In this document: one piece after another, positions 48,003-57,552 of the stretch
Numbering within the stretch: position 1 is the first letter of the stretch
Layout of the letters: each line of letters begins with the position of its first letter
Sequence record: PV158447.1
Length of the DNA stretch: 64,000 nt
Strand: one strand, 5' to 3'
Notes under the pieces: generated by a model
What the model saw: the letters and a program-made list of their open reading frames with translations, nothing else
Told to the model about the DNA's origin: nothing
Database searches by the model: none
Made by a program: the position numbers and the translations under genes

Positions 48003-49538
48003 ATGTTCAATATTCATATTCCATCTCAGGAAACTTACAAGATACACTTAAGACCTGCGATATATCAATCCCTCGCTACTGTATTGGAATATTTCAACAT
48101 CCACCAGAAACACAAAATCTACTTTAATGGGGAAGGAGAAGTCTCCAAGTTGATTGGTGGTTTGTATAATAGTAAGCGTGGAGATGACATAGATTCAGAT
48201 CTTGGTTATGATGACAAGATCTTTGTTGAGGTAGAAATTGATTATGGTGGGTTCAACGACGAATTAGACAGTGAGAACAAAGGTGGTCAAACTGTTCCCC
48301 CACTTTGGGTTGATCCCATCACTGGAAGTATGATCAGACCTGTTTACACTGGACGTCGAGTAGATGTCACAATCAACAAGTTCTTTAAAGATAGAACAAC
48401 TGCCCAAACATTCCATAGGAATATTCGTTCTGGATTATTGCAGAGTAATCTGATTAGTACATTTGATGTCAATACACACTACCCGATACCAATGAGTTTG
48501 TTGGAATGTTATCAGGACGTGTACAAACGACTCTTAAATGGTAAAGCAGTTGATGAAGAAAACGGAAAGAACTTTCTGAGTTGGTTCAGAGGAAACAGTA
48601 CTGTTGAAACAGACATCATTTCCAATATCGTCGGAAATAACAACTGTCTGGTATTCTTACAACAGAACGCAGATAACGGGATGAATTACGGACCCGTTAA
48701 CTTTGCTCAAGTGAATAAAGGACGCTATATTGGTCAGTTTGAAGTTAGCTGGACATATAGTTTCTTCTGGAACGAACATACCAAATGGTCTCTGGAATAT
48801 CCTATCCAAGTGTTTCAACAACAAATGCCTGGAAAATGGATACCTGATCAACACGAGCGTAGTTTGAGACGACCCCCGAGTAATCGTTTCTTGGAATCCA
48901 CTTTTGCCAGAGCTGTGTTCGGTGCAGGTATCCCTACCAACCCGTTTTATCACGTGTTACCTAATCAGGATAACTGGAGACCTCCTACCGAGAGTTGGTT
49001 AAGTCCCCAGTTACAAATCTTGGTGAATATGGAAGATGTACAAGGTGAACAGGTTATTCTGAACATTAAGGATATACATGGGTTTACCTGGGATGAGAAG
49101 TTCCTTAAGTACATACTCCAACATCACACTAAGGTCACTAGACGACACCGCTCCCCACTGAACTTTAAAGTTTGGTCTAACAACACCCAAGTGTTAGAAA
49201 GTCAGATAGAACTTAGAGAGAATGGGGATTTGGTCATCACCCGCCCACCGACTTTGAGTAATATCTACCGAGTAGTCTTTAGTTTGGACTATGCACTTCG
49301 ACAATACACCGACGATGGTGTCTGGGACATCCTAGATGATGGTGAATACGGTAGGTGGATTATCGATACCTTATTTCCAGGAAATAAACTTCCAGATACC
49401 TGGCCTCACGGTGGGTGGAATGATTGGATCGATATTCACAATAAGGTAGAAGTAGGTGACGGTCCAGAGATTGATTATTTCTCAACGTACATGATGGGAA
49501 TGGTGGTCATCGCTAAACGAGAAGGAAACCTGTATTAA
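48003..49538 (+). CDS. Virion structural protein (tail/neck region)
   Basis: GGGGAGG RBS before ATG 48003; structural block. Confidence 0.65.
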   Translation: MFNIHIPSQETYKIHLRPAIYQSLATVLEYFNIHQKHKIYFNGEGEVSKLIGGLYNSKRGDDIDSDLGYDDKIFVEVEIDYGGFNDELDSENKGGQTVPPLWVDPITGSMIRPVYTGRRVDVTINKFFKDRTTAQTFHRNIRSGLLQSNLISTFDVNTHYPIPMSLLECYQDVYKRLLNGKAVDEENGKNFLSWFRGNSTVETDIISNIVGNNNCLVFLQQNADNGMNYGPVNFAQVNKGRYIGQFEVSWTYSFFWNEHTKWSLEYPIQVFQQQMPGKWIPDQHERSLRRPPSNRFLESTFARAVFGAGIPTNPFYHVLPNQDNWRPPTESWLSPQLQILVNMEDVQGEQVILNIKDIHGFTWDEKFLKYILQHHTKVTRRHRSPLNFKVWSNNTQVLESQIELRENGDLVITRPPTLSNIYRVVFSLDYALRQYTDDGVWDILDDGEYGRWIIDTLFPGNKLPDTWPHGGWNDWIDIHNKVEVGDGPEIDYFSTYMMGMVVIAKREGNLY

Positions 49539-50836
49539 TGGCACAGACAATCATCGGGGAAACCACTCCCCCTCCTGCTCCCAAACCTACGATATTTCCG
49601 GAGAGTTATCAACACTCTATCATCCAGAGTAAATATGTTCCACACACTAGCTTACTGAGCTTTGTGAATGGTTCTCCTACTCTGGTTGAGTATTATCGTG
49701 GTTCTTATGGGCGGGATGAAGAACAGCAAGGTTTTGAACCAGATTCAATCGAAACGTACTCTTCATATAAACGAATCCACAACCTGATTCTGAAATTAGA
49801 AGATGGGGAAGGTTCCACCAACTTTGACAACACAACCGCTCAGCTAGAGAAGATCTATTCTGGCTACGTTCTATTTGATCTCGCTCCCGGTAAAGGTGAT
49901 TTGTTCATTCGAGACGTTGGGGATGGGCGAGCTGGTCTATTCAGTATCTTTGAACAGCCCCAGATTAGAACTGTGTACGCTGATAAGTGTTATTACTTTG
50001 AAGCCAGGTTCCAGGGCTTCGTCACTCAGGATATCATGAACAACCTGAATGCGAAAGTCATTGAAGAACTTTACTACCAGAAAGATGTAGCAATTGGTGG
50101 TGGTAACGCACTACTCACCAAAACGGATCGTGATCTCAATCTTGACATCTGTCAGTTGAAATTGGCGATCATGGATGACATCCTTGCGAAACACTACTAC
50201 AAGGATGAAGAAACCATCATTCTCCCCAATGACGACAAAGACATTCTTTACGATCCCTATTTGGCCAAATTCCTTTCTTATACTTTCCCTGTGAAAGAGA
50301 TGGGAATGCGAGAGAAGATTCGTATTCTGGATGTGAACTATTGGGCTGATGATCGCCAACAACAAGAACCAATAACTGTTTGGGATATGTTCCTCAGGAA
50401 TGGTTATCGCCATCCTCAGATTTACAAACAGGACTACTACGTCCATCCTCGTGGTAACTTGATGAACACTCGTATGTACGGGAACGTTTATTACTCCAAG
50501 ATGGATAGAGCAATTGTGGTTCACAAAGACCACGCTGTAAAACAAACCTATCAGTTCAAAGGAAGTATGTTCCCCATTGGACCAGTTGCCCCTATCCCCG
50601 TAGAAGAATCCAAGAAATGGAGCTACTTCTTTTCTGACGATTTCTATAATGGTGGCGGGACCGAACTTGAGAAGTTTGTGTTCAAGATGTGGAAAGACAA
50701 AACAGTTGATAAAGCAGAATTGGTGAAGGTTCTGGAGAATTACTGGAACTTGACAGACATTGAAAAGCTTTACATGTCTGGGATCTACGTAGGGGCGTGT
50801 AAAACGATGCTCACACGTAATTCTAGCTTTACTTAA
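49538..50836 (+). CDS. Virion structural protein
   Basis: TAATG coupling; structural block. Confidence 0.65.
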   Translation: MAQTIIGETTPPPAPKPTIFPESYQHSIIQSKYVPHTSLLSFVNGSPTLVEYYRGSYGRDEEQQGFEPDSIETYSSYKRIHNLILKLEDGEGSTNFDNTTAQLEKIYSGYVLFDLAPGKGDLFIRDVGDGRAGLFSIFEQPQIRTVYADKCYYFEARFQGFVTQDIMNNLNAKVIEELYYQKDVAIGGGNALLTKTDRDLNLDICQLKLAIMDDILAKHYYKDEETIILPNDDKDILYDPYLAKFLSYTFPVKEMGMREKIRILDVNYWADDRQQQEPITVWDMFLRNGYRHPQIYKQDYYVHPRGNLMNTRMYGNVYYSKMDRAIVVHKDHAVKQTYQFKGSMFPIGPVAPIPVEESKKWSYFFSDDFYNGGGTELEKFVFKMWKDKTVDKAELVKVLENYWNLTDIEKLYMSGIYVGACKTMLTRNSSFT

Positions 50837-50853
50837 TAGGAAGGTGCTAGCTT

Positions 50854-51558
50854 GTGGACGTAACACGTTACATGATCATTAGAACACGTCAGGTGGAACT
50901 TTACAACCTCCTGATGAATGCAACATTCCCCACTCACATACCACGTTCTCATCTCATGTCCCTGAAGACGCTTCAGAGGCTAGTTGACAATCCTCCCATT
51001 CACGGTACGGATTGGATGGATAAACGAGAAGAACGTCCCATGACAATCGCTGGAATGTGTGTGGCTTACTCCAACATGGGTTCGGAAACCGAGATCTATT
51101 TCACCAGACCAGAGATCCACGTTCCTCGTGTTTTTGAGATTATACAGGAGTACGTGGGGAACTGGGTTGAGCTGATGATGAATTACAGTTGGTTTCAGCA
51201 CCCACCTCTGGAAGAACTTGACTTGTTAGAAGGAGTGGCTAAACATCTCTTTCCTGTATACAAAGAGTATAAACTCAGAACAATCACCCAGATGGCAGGA
51301 ACAAGTTCCCTAGAAGACATGACGTTGACTGACCTCCTTAGAGTTCGGATGCAACTTGGAGGAGTAAATCGGGATGGGATTTCATTTATTTCCAACATGG
51401 GGATTTATCGAGACTCCATGAATGATCATTCCATGCCAGGTGGATTTGATACCATTGGAAACGTTTCTAACGGCCTCACATCGTTTTCTGGGGGCGGTGA
51501 TGCTGAAGATCCCTTTGAAGCATTTAAACGAATGCAGACAGGGATAGGAGGGCTTTAA
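50854..51558 (+). CDS. Hypothetical protein, 234 aa
   Basis: AGGAAGG RBS, GTG start. Confidence 0.7.
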   Translation: MDVTRYMIIRTRQVELYNLLMNATFPTHIPRSHLMSLKTLQRLVDNPPIHGTDWMDKREERPMTIAGMCVAYSNMGSETEIYFTRPEIHVPRVFEIIQEYVGNWVELMMNYSWFQHPPLEELDLLEGVAKHLFPVYKEYKLRTITQMAGTSSLEDMTLTDLLRVRMQLGGVNRDGISFISNMGIYRDSMNDHSMPGGFDTIGNVSNGLTSFSGGGDAEDPFEAFKRMQTGIGGL

Positions 51559-52895
51559 TGGCTATTGATAATATCATCGGTAGTTTTCTACGACAAGCTT
51601 CCCTAACCGCCAAACACAAAGTCAGACTGAAGCAAACCTTAACCCTGAACGCGATCATCATTACACCCAAGGAACAGATCAGAGGAATACAAGTTACCCA
51701 CTTCTCAGAAGCGGCCGACTTCCTCTCTAACCGAAGTGAAAAGATGGGGATTAAGATCCAACTGAGACCAGGAGATTATTTCGATAAGATCGTTCCATAT
51801 CGGGACGACATCATTATCCAGGTAGTGATGGATTCGGATTCAGAACGTCGTATAAGAGAGTTCGTTGGAATCCCTATCGTTGATAGGGATTTACGTTCGG
51901 AAGGCGATCTGGCTTCCTTGGCTAACCTTTCCGCGTACAACGATATTAGTCTCGCGGAATATGAATTCCAGCTGATGGACAAGGGATTTGCTAAACTGAG
52001 AAATGAATTGGTGGGAGCCAACTTTGCTATGGAAACCCCAGGACAAATACTCCCGTACATCATGGATAAGTATAGTAAAGCAGTTGACTATGGTTCTGCA
52101 CCGAAATACAAAGGGATTTATTATCCACCATTTGATAATCTCTCTCCTGTTGCTCAAGTGCTGATTCCACCTCAGACCCGTTTGATCGATGTTCCTAGTT
52201 ATCTTCAAAACAAAGAAGAATATGGGATTTATTCCAAAGGGTTGGGTTCTTTCTATAAACAGAGCTGGTGGTGGATCTACCCCTTGTTTGACTGTAATCG
52301 GGTTGACCAACACCATCGACCGATCGATATCATCCGAGTACCGAAGGACAAACTCCCTACGCTGGACTATACCTTCTACATGTCAGAGGTCGCGTTAACT
52401 ATCATCTCTACTGGTGATGCGAAACATCAAGACCATGCCGACATTAGGAAACAGAACCAAGGTGTGGGTAAACGGGTCTTGCAATCAGCTGCGATTGAGG
52501 GTGAAACAGGAAGTCATTACACCAAAGGTCGTTCTGTCATTACTCGAGCCGATACATTACAAGAATACAAACTCTCTGATCGAAAGAACAGTGAGGAGTA
52601 TGTTCCGTTTGATCCTAAACCAACTTCGAATATGTCTGCCGTTCTTTCTGTGAATGCTTTCAACGAAGGAGAAATCCTAACTGTTGAATGGCACAACGGA
52701 GATACCGGGTACCTTGAACCAGGGCATCCACTTCGTTATCAGTACATTGGACCTGATGATCAGCTGATTATCCGGAAAGGTGTTCTGTTGGGTTATCGAA
52801 CAGATTACCTTCCCATTACAGCCGGCCCGGTTCCGGATATGAGACGAACTTGTGTTCTTCATATTTTTCTGAAGAAACAAAACAAATATAAATAA
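51558..52895 (+). CDS. Putative baseplate hub protein (T4 gp27/late control D-like)
   Basis: 445 aa; C-terminal GYLEPGHPLRYQY resembles the G-x(4)-PG-x-x-(I/L) hub motif. Confidence 0.5.
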   Translation: MAIDNIIGSFLRQASLTAKHKVRLKQTLTLNAIIITPKEQIRGIQVTHFSEAADFLSNRSEKMGIKIQLRPGDYFDKIVPYRDDIIIQVVMDSDSERRIREFVGIPIVDRDLRSEGDLASLANLSAYNDISLAEYEFQLMDKGFAKLRNELVGANFAMETPGQILPYIMDKYSKAVDYGSAPKYKGIYYPPFDNLSPVAQVLIPPQTRLIDVPSYLQNKEEYGIYSKGLGSFYKQSWWWIYPLFDCNRVDQHHRPIDIIRVPKDKLPTLDYTFYMSEVALTIISTGDAKHQDHADIRKQNQGVGKRVLQSAAIEGETGSHYTKGRSVITRADTLQEYKLSDRKNSEEYVPFDPKPTSNMSAVLSVNAFNEGEILTVEWHNGDTGYLEPGHPLRYQYIGPDDQLIIRKGVLLGYRTDYLPITAGPVPDMRRTCVLHIFLKKQNKYK

Positions 52896-52902
52896 GTGCA
52901 TG

Positions 52903-52938
52903 CTCTCTACCTCCCATTTGGGAGGTAGAGAGTTTATT
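52903..52938. terminator. Bidirectional terminator
   Basis: ctctctacctccca-tt-tgggaggtagagag. Confidence 0.85.
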
Positions 52939-52946
52939 AACATTCG

Positions 52947-54482
52947 TTAAATGGCATCAAAGTCTTCACCACCACCCATGGCTTCACTGCGATGAGCAAG
53001 TGATTTACGGAAAGTGGATTTCTCCAGATTGATATCGTGTATCAATCCATTAAGAGGATCAAGAGGATACATACCGAATCGTTCTGATTCTGGCGCACCT
53101 TCACCACGCATTTTACCACAGTAATAAGTTAGCCAGTTTTCCCCGTTACTGAACTTGGCGACATGTATCCCAAACACACAGTCAACTTCGTTGGTGAGCT
53201 TGGTACAACCTTCAGTCATTGACTTACCACCCACATCCCGAATAAAGTATGCTTCGGAATCTTCATCTGATTCACGAATAAACTTCTTGGCGTCCGGAGA
53301 AAGTTGGTGAGGAGTAATAAAAATAGAACCACGAGAACTGAAGAAGTTACGAGCTCGACGATACAGGTCCTGTAGTCTATCGGAACGAGATTCACCCGTA
53401 GTCCCAGTCAGGTCCATCATCGCCAAGTAGTCGTAAGCGCACAGAACAATTTCGTGACCACGGGATTCCAAATCACGAATACGTTGTTGTAGTTCGTGAA
53501 TATTATCATGACTCGGGTTAACACGATAGAAAACGAAATGCCATCCGTTTTCTTTAAATGTATCCATGATGACTTTGGTGGCTTCTTCCGTTGTTGCTTC
53601 AAAGAAGTCTGGTTTGATACCTGTCTTAGCAGTAACGAAGATTTCGTACATCCGCTTAAAGATAAGTCCCAGAGAGTCCTCTGCTGACATCAAGATAACA
53701 GTGGGTATCTTTGACTTGTCTCTGAGAACCGGTTTGTTATACAACGGTACAGAAGCGATGAAGTGAGCAAGAGAGAAAGACTTCCCACGGTTGGTCAGCG
53801 CTTCCACCATGTACATCAGACCACGTCGTAAACCAAAGTCAGGACCCAGGGCATTGTTGAATCCGACCAACCCAGTTTTAACGATACCTTCTGCCGACGT
53901 TTCTACTTTCAGTTGATCAAGGATATTGGCAATGGACATCGCGTCATTACCATCTGCCTTTTCAACCACTGCTCGATCAAACTGAGAACCATCACTGGCT
54001 ATCTTAGCACTCAGTAAATCAGCAATCAGAATTGCATCTTCTTTACTCAGTTCCATTTCCCCATCAAACATGAAGGGACGAACTAGAGATTTAAACTTGG
54101 TATTGAATTCGTTACGGATATCGTTCAGACGAAGATCATTAATAATTTGGAAGATAAGGGCCCGGGCATCTTCCTCTTTCATCTCTGCGTTGAAACCGGA
54201 ATTCAAGGTTTTCTCTAATGCAGAATCCAGTTTGATGATCTCCATCAACCGTGGTTCTATCAATGATGTTATGATGTTAGAATCACTGGGTTGCTCCCGG
54301 ATCCACACTAACAGTTTCCGTAACAAAGCTTCTACTTTCTTATCCTGTACTACCAGACTTTCTTTACTGTTCGGTACAGCATCAGCAAGTATCATCAATT
54401 CGTCCATCATGGACTTGTCTGACAGCCTCCACGCTTGGAACATTGCTGTAGCAAGTTTGACGAGACGGATTAGGTTATTCAT
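52947..54482 (-). CDS. dnaB: DnaB-like replicative helicase (phiKZ gp118-like)
   Basis: Walker A ALTNRGKS, SAED, YDYL (Walker B), TPHQLS; head-to-head with the capsid operon. Confidence 0.9.
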   Translation of the reverse strand: MNNLIRLVKLATAMFQAWRLSDKSMMDELMILADAVPNSKESLVVQDKKVEALLRKLLVWIREQPSDSNIITSLIEPRLMEIIKLDSALEKTLNSGFNAEMKEEDARALIFQIINDLRLNDIRNEFNTKFKSLVRPFMFDGEMELSKEDAILIADLLSAKIASDGSQFDRAVVEKADGNDAMSIANILDQLKVETSAEGIVKTGLVGFNNALGPDFGLRRGLMYMVEALTNRGKSFSLAHFIASVPLYNKPVLRDKSKIPTVILMSAEDSLGLIFKRMYEIFVTAKTGIKPDFFEATTEEATKVIMDTFKENGWHFVFYRVNPSHDNIHELQQRIRDLESRGHEIVLCAYDYLAMMDLTGTTGESRSDRLQDLYRRARNFFSSRGSIFITPHQLSPDAKKFIRESDEDSEAYFIRDVGGKSMTEGCTKLTNEVDCVFGIHVAKFSNGENWLTYYCGKMRGEGAPESERFGMYPLDPLNGLIHDINLEKSTFRKSLAHRSEAMGGGEDFDAI

Positions 54483-54514
54483 GGGGACTCCTCGGTAGAA
54501 TAGGTTATAAATCT

Positions 54515-55066
54515 ATGAATTTTAAACAAGGTAAAAATAAGCTCAAGATCGTTTTCCTCCGAGAAACTGATCTCAGGCTTTTGAATTCTCGTGGGCTAGA
54601 ACTTCCCGATTTACTCACTCTTCCTCAGTTTGACAAAATCGCTGATGAAGACTGTTTAGATTGGCTGGAATACCAACGCGGAATGGAAAAGCGATATGCT
54701 GGATTCAGCGTGACAACTTATGACCAGACCAGTGATAATCCAAATGGGAATTTCAATCGCCAGGGTCCGGTTTATAAAGCAAAATATGAATCGAGTCTGA
54801 ACACCGACAAGAAACCGAAAGTAGGTAAGTTTGCTTACTACTATCTGTTCAACAACAAACTCTTCATACTTCACAGTGATAATACTGTGAGCAACGACAA
54901 ATTCGTCGATATCGCCGGTGATCTCTCTCTTGCTATGTATCGGGCTGTCCTCGGTGCACTGGGGAATTATGATTTCTACGGTAAAGAAGAACGTCATCTT
55001 TCCGATACTGTGAAAGAGCGTGGCTATATTGACGCTGGGTTTGTTCTGTCCAAAGTACTTGCGTAA
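54515..55066 (+). CDS. Hypothetical protein, 183 aa
   Basis: ORF between dnaB and the capsid gene. Confidence 0.75.
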   Translation: MNFKQGKNKLKIVFLRETDLRLLNSRGLELPDLLTLPQFDKIADEDCLDWLEYQRGMEKRYAGFSVTTYDQTSDNPNGNFNRQGPVYKAKYESSLNTDKKPKVGKFAYYYLFNNKLFILHSDNTVSNDKFVDIAGDLSLAMYRAVLGALGNYDFYGKEERHLSDTVKERGYIDAGFVLSKVLA

Positions 55067-55187
55067 ATACTTTGTGAATAACGATTCTCCTGCATTACAG
55101 TAATGTTATGCGTGAAAATCACCATTGCGCGAACAAATATATTTGTTTTCAATTTCTCTTCAAATCTTTTCAAGAAAGGATAGTTTC

Positions 55188-57374
55188 ATGTCTTCTCAAA
55201 AATATGTTGTTAAAGGTTCTGGCCGCGACGGTACTAACCTGATGAAAATTATCGGTGCCGTGAACAACGGTATCGCTTACAACGCCGCTGCTCCCCTGAG
55301 TTCTATCCTGGGCGGTGAAGCCGCAATGACCGGCGCTGACCAACAGTTCCAATCTGGCATGTCCTTTGCTCAGAAAACTGCTTGTGCCAACGCTGTTGAA
55401 ATGACTGGTAAGAACTTTGCTTCTGCTGCTGCCAAACTGGGCGATATGATGAAACTGTCCGGCCTGGAAAGTTTCTCTCAACAGCTGGAAGCTGGTGCAG
55501 TTGATCGTCAGAAAGCCGCCACTATCGAACTGAACGCCCGTTCTAATCGTCAGTGGGTTGCTGCTGAGAAACTGTTCCCGACTCTGATCCTGGGTTACAG
55601 TGACGAAGCGCTGATCCTGCCGGTTGACGTAGCTGGTGTTGGTGCCTATAACCTGGGTGGTAACTCCAACGAAGCTTTCGAAGATCTGCGTCCGATCGCA
55701 TCCGTCCTGCGTGACTCCAAGTTCAACCCCGGTGATGACTTGCGTCTGGTTCCGGTTCTGCCGGCTGATGACAAAGATCCGAACTTCGATAAGTTCGTTA
55801 CCCCGGCCATGTTTACCCCGTGGACCCATAGCTATGGTTCCCAGGATCTGCTGAACCGTGGTTCTCACCAGACCAACTATCTGGCCATCAAGAAAATCAA
55901 CAACCTGATGTCCCTGTGTCAGGCACCTGGTGCTCCGAAGTTTGATCAAACTGACGAAATCGAACCTGGTTCCATCGCAATGGAATCTGTTCTGTTTGGT
56001 CTGAAGTCCAAAGACGCCACCACAGTTACCTACGTAACTCTGGACACCCGGACCATGAGCGGTAACGCTATGCGTCCGTCTACTGGTGTGACCTCTGATG
56101 ACAAACGTCAGATGAACTTCGTGATGAACAGCCTGAACGTCAAGCTGCTCAAGCAGAAGACCGGTGCTCCGACTACCGCATTTGACAGCCTGCTGGCTGC
56201 CGGTGTTGAAGTGTTCGTTCAGTTTGAAATCAGTGGTACCTACCACAAGTCTCAGCGTAGCTGGTCCCCGACCACCTCCGTCGTTACCATCTCCTACCTG
56301 ATGAAAGATGGTGTTAAGATGGTTCCGGGCACCCCGTCCATGCCGGCTGGTATCCAAGCTCTGGTTGATGCGCAAGTCCTGGAAGGTGAAGTTGTTGGTA
56401 TCCTGCCGTACCTGAACCACAACAACGTGAACCGTAGCCGTTATGGTACCACCGTTGTTTACGCAACCACCAACAAGCCGTACAACGTACATCGTCGTAC
56501 CCCGATCTCCGTTAAGTACCCGATGAACGGTGATGACAACAATGCCGATGTACTGGCAATGCTGGTCAAACAGATGGACGTCATGGTAACCCGCAACATG
56601 TCTCACGACGCGTTCAAAGCGGCCCACCAGCACTTCCAATACCTGTATGACAACAACGGTGCTCAAATCGTTAACATTAACGATGACAGCTCCAGCATCC
56701 TGCCGGGTCAGCACTTCCTGCAAACCACTGCCGTTGATGCTAAGATCGATCTGGTAGCCGAAGTTTCCACCCTGGATTCCAAGGATACCCGTGAGAACAT
56801 CGAAGCAGCCCTGGTTAACAAGGTGTACGATATCATCACTGCACTGCGTGTAAACTCGAACATTGCGGCTCTGAAAGAGATCGACGCTCGTGCTGAAGAA
56901 TACGACATTATCGCTCACTCTTCCCTGGCTCCGTTCCTGATGACCGGTGGCGACTACCGCACCTTTGGCCAGAACATCAAGTTCAACATCTACGAAACCA
57001 ACATCGACTCCGAAGTTGGTGCCATGTGGATTGTTCCGAAGTCTCACACTACTGAAAACCAAGTCGATATCTTCGGCGGCATGGGTGTGTGTATCGCCAA
57101 GGAACTCCTGGTCATCGAAGGTCAAGTAGCTCAGTCTGATCGTCAGTACAACATGATCATCACCCAGCCGGCTTATGGTCACCACGGTCTGTGCCCGGTT
57201 GCTGGTCGCCTGACTGTTACTGACATCGAGAAACTGCTGGGCGACGAAGGTCTGATCTCCGCAGTCAACAAGCAGCTGGTTAAAATCAGCGGTAAAGTTG
57301 AAACTACCGCAGCTACCGCTGGTGTTGCTGGTAAAGAAGTAGAAATCGAAGTTGGCGGTGCTACCGGCGGCTAA
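55188..57374 (+). CDS. Major capsid protein (phiKZ gp120-like), 728 aa
   Basis: Size, extreme codon bias, SGLE|SF cleavage site, position after dnaB; AAAGGA RBS before ATG 55188. Confidence 0.85.
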   Translation: MSSQKYVVKGSGRDGTNLMKIIGAVNNGIAYNAAAPLSSILGGEAAMTGADQQFQSGMSFAQKTACANAVEMTGKNFASAAAKLGDMMKLSGLESFSQQLEAGAVDRQKAATIELNARSNRQWVAAEKLFPTLILGYSDEALILPVDVAGVGAYNLGGNSNEAFEDLRPIASVLRDSKFNPGDDLRLVPVLPADDKDPNFDKFVTPAMFTPWTHSYGSQDLLNRGSHQTNYLAIKKINNLMSLCQAPGAPKFDQTDEIEPGSIAMESVLFGLKSKDATTVTYVTLDTRTMSGNAMRPSTGVTSDDKRQMNFVMNSLNVKLLKQKTGAPTTAFDSLLAAGVEVFVQFEISGTYHKSQRSWSPTTSVVTISYLMKDGVKMVPGTPSMPAGIQALVDAQVLEGEVVGILPYLNHNNVNRSRYGTTVVYATTNKPYNVHRRTPISVKYPMNGDDNNADVLAMLVKQMDVMVTRNMSHDAFKAAHQHFQYLYDNNGAQIVNINDDSSSILPGQHFLQTTAVDAKIDLVAEVSTLDSKDTRENIEAALVNKVYDIITALRVNSNIAALKEIDARAEEYDIIAHSSLAPFLMTGGDYRTFGQNIKFNIYETNIDSEVGAMWIVPKSHTTENQVDIFGGMGVCIAKELLVIEGQVAQSDRQYNMIITQPAYGHHGLCPVAGRLTVTDIEKLLGDEGLISAVNKQLVKISGKVETTAATAGVAGKEVEIEVGGATGG

Positions 57375-57409
57375 GAACTTAACTTCTGTTAGGGTTAATA
57401 TATAGAAAA

Positions 57410-57450
57410 AACCAGTACGTCCCTTCGGGGGCGTACTGGTTATTCTTTTT
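57410..57450 (+). terminator. Rho-independent terminator
   Basis: aaccagtacgtccc-ttcg-ggggcgtactggtt then T tract. Confidence 0.9.
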
Positions 57451-57472
57451 GTTTGTACATAAAAATAAAGAT

Positions 57473-57500
57473 CTATATTTTTTCAAATAGATATTATCTA
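57473..57500 (+). promoter_or_regulatory. Variant promoter TTTTCA-N4-GATATTAT with short palindrome tagata-t-tatcta
   Basis: ctatattttttca-aata-gatattat; heads the unit that contains the nvRNAP beta N-terminal gene. Confidence 0.65.
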
Positions 57501-57552
57501 ATAGAAAGAGTCTGGGAATTTATCTTCCAGAATAACCATTAACCTAAAAGGA

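Noticed and set aside
55107-55110. TATG late (nvRNAP) promoters here and at 24001, 43866 and 47957
   Set aside because: Plausible from phiKZ knowledge, but a 4-mer cannot be supported without TSS data
55170-57185. 671-aa antisense ORF opposite the capsid gene; likewise 21555-23072, 42550-43800, 8259-9026 and many shorter ones
   Set aside because: Shadow frames of strongly codon-biased genes: no RBS, no motifs, complete overlap with recognised genes
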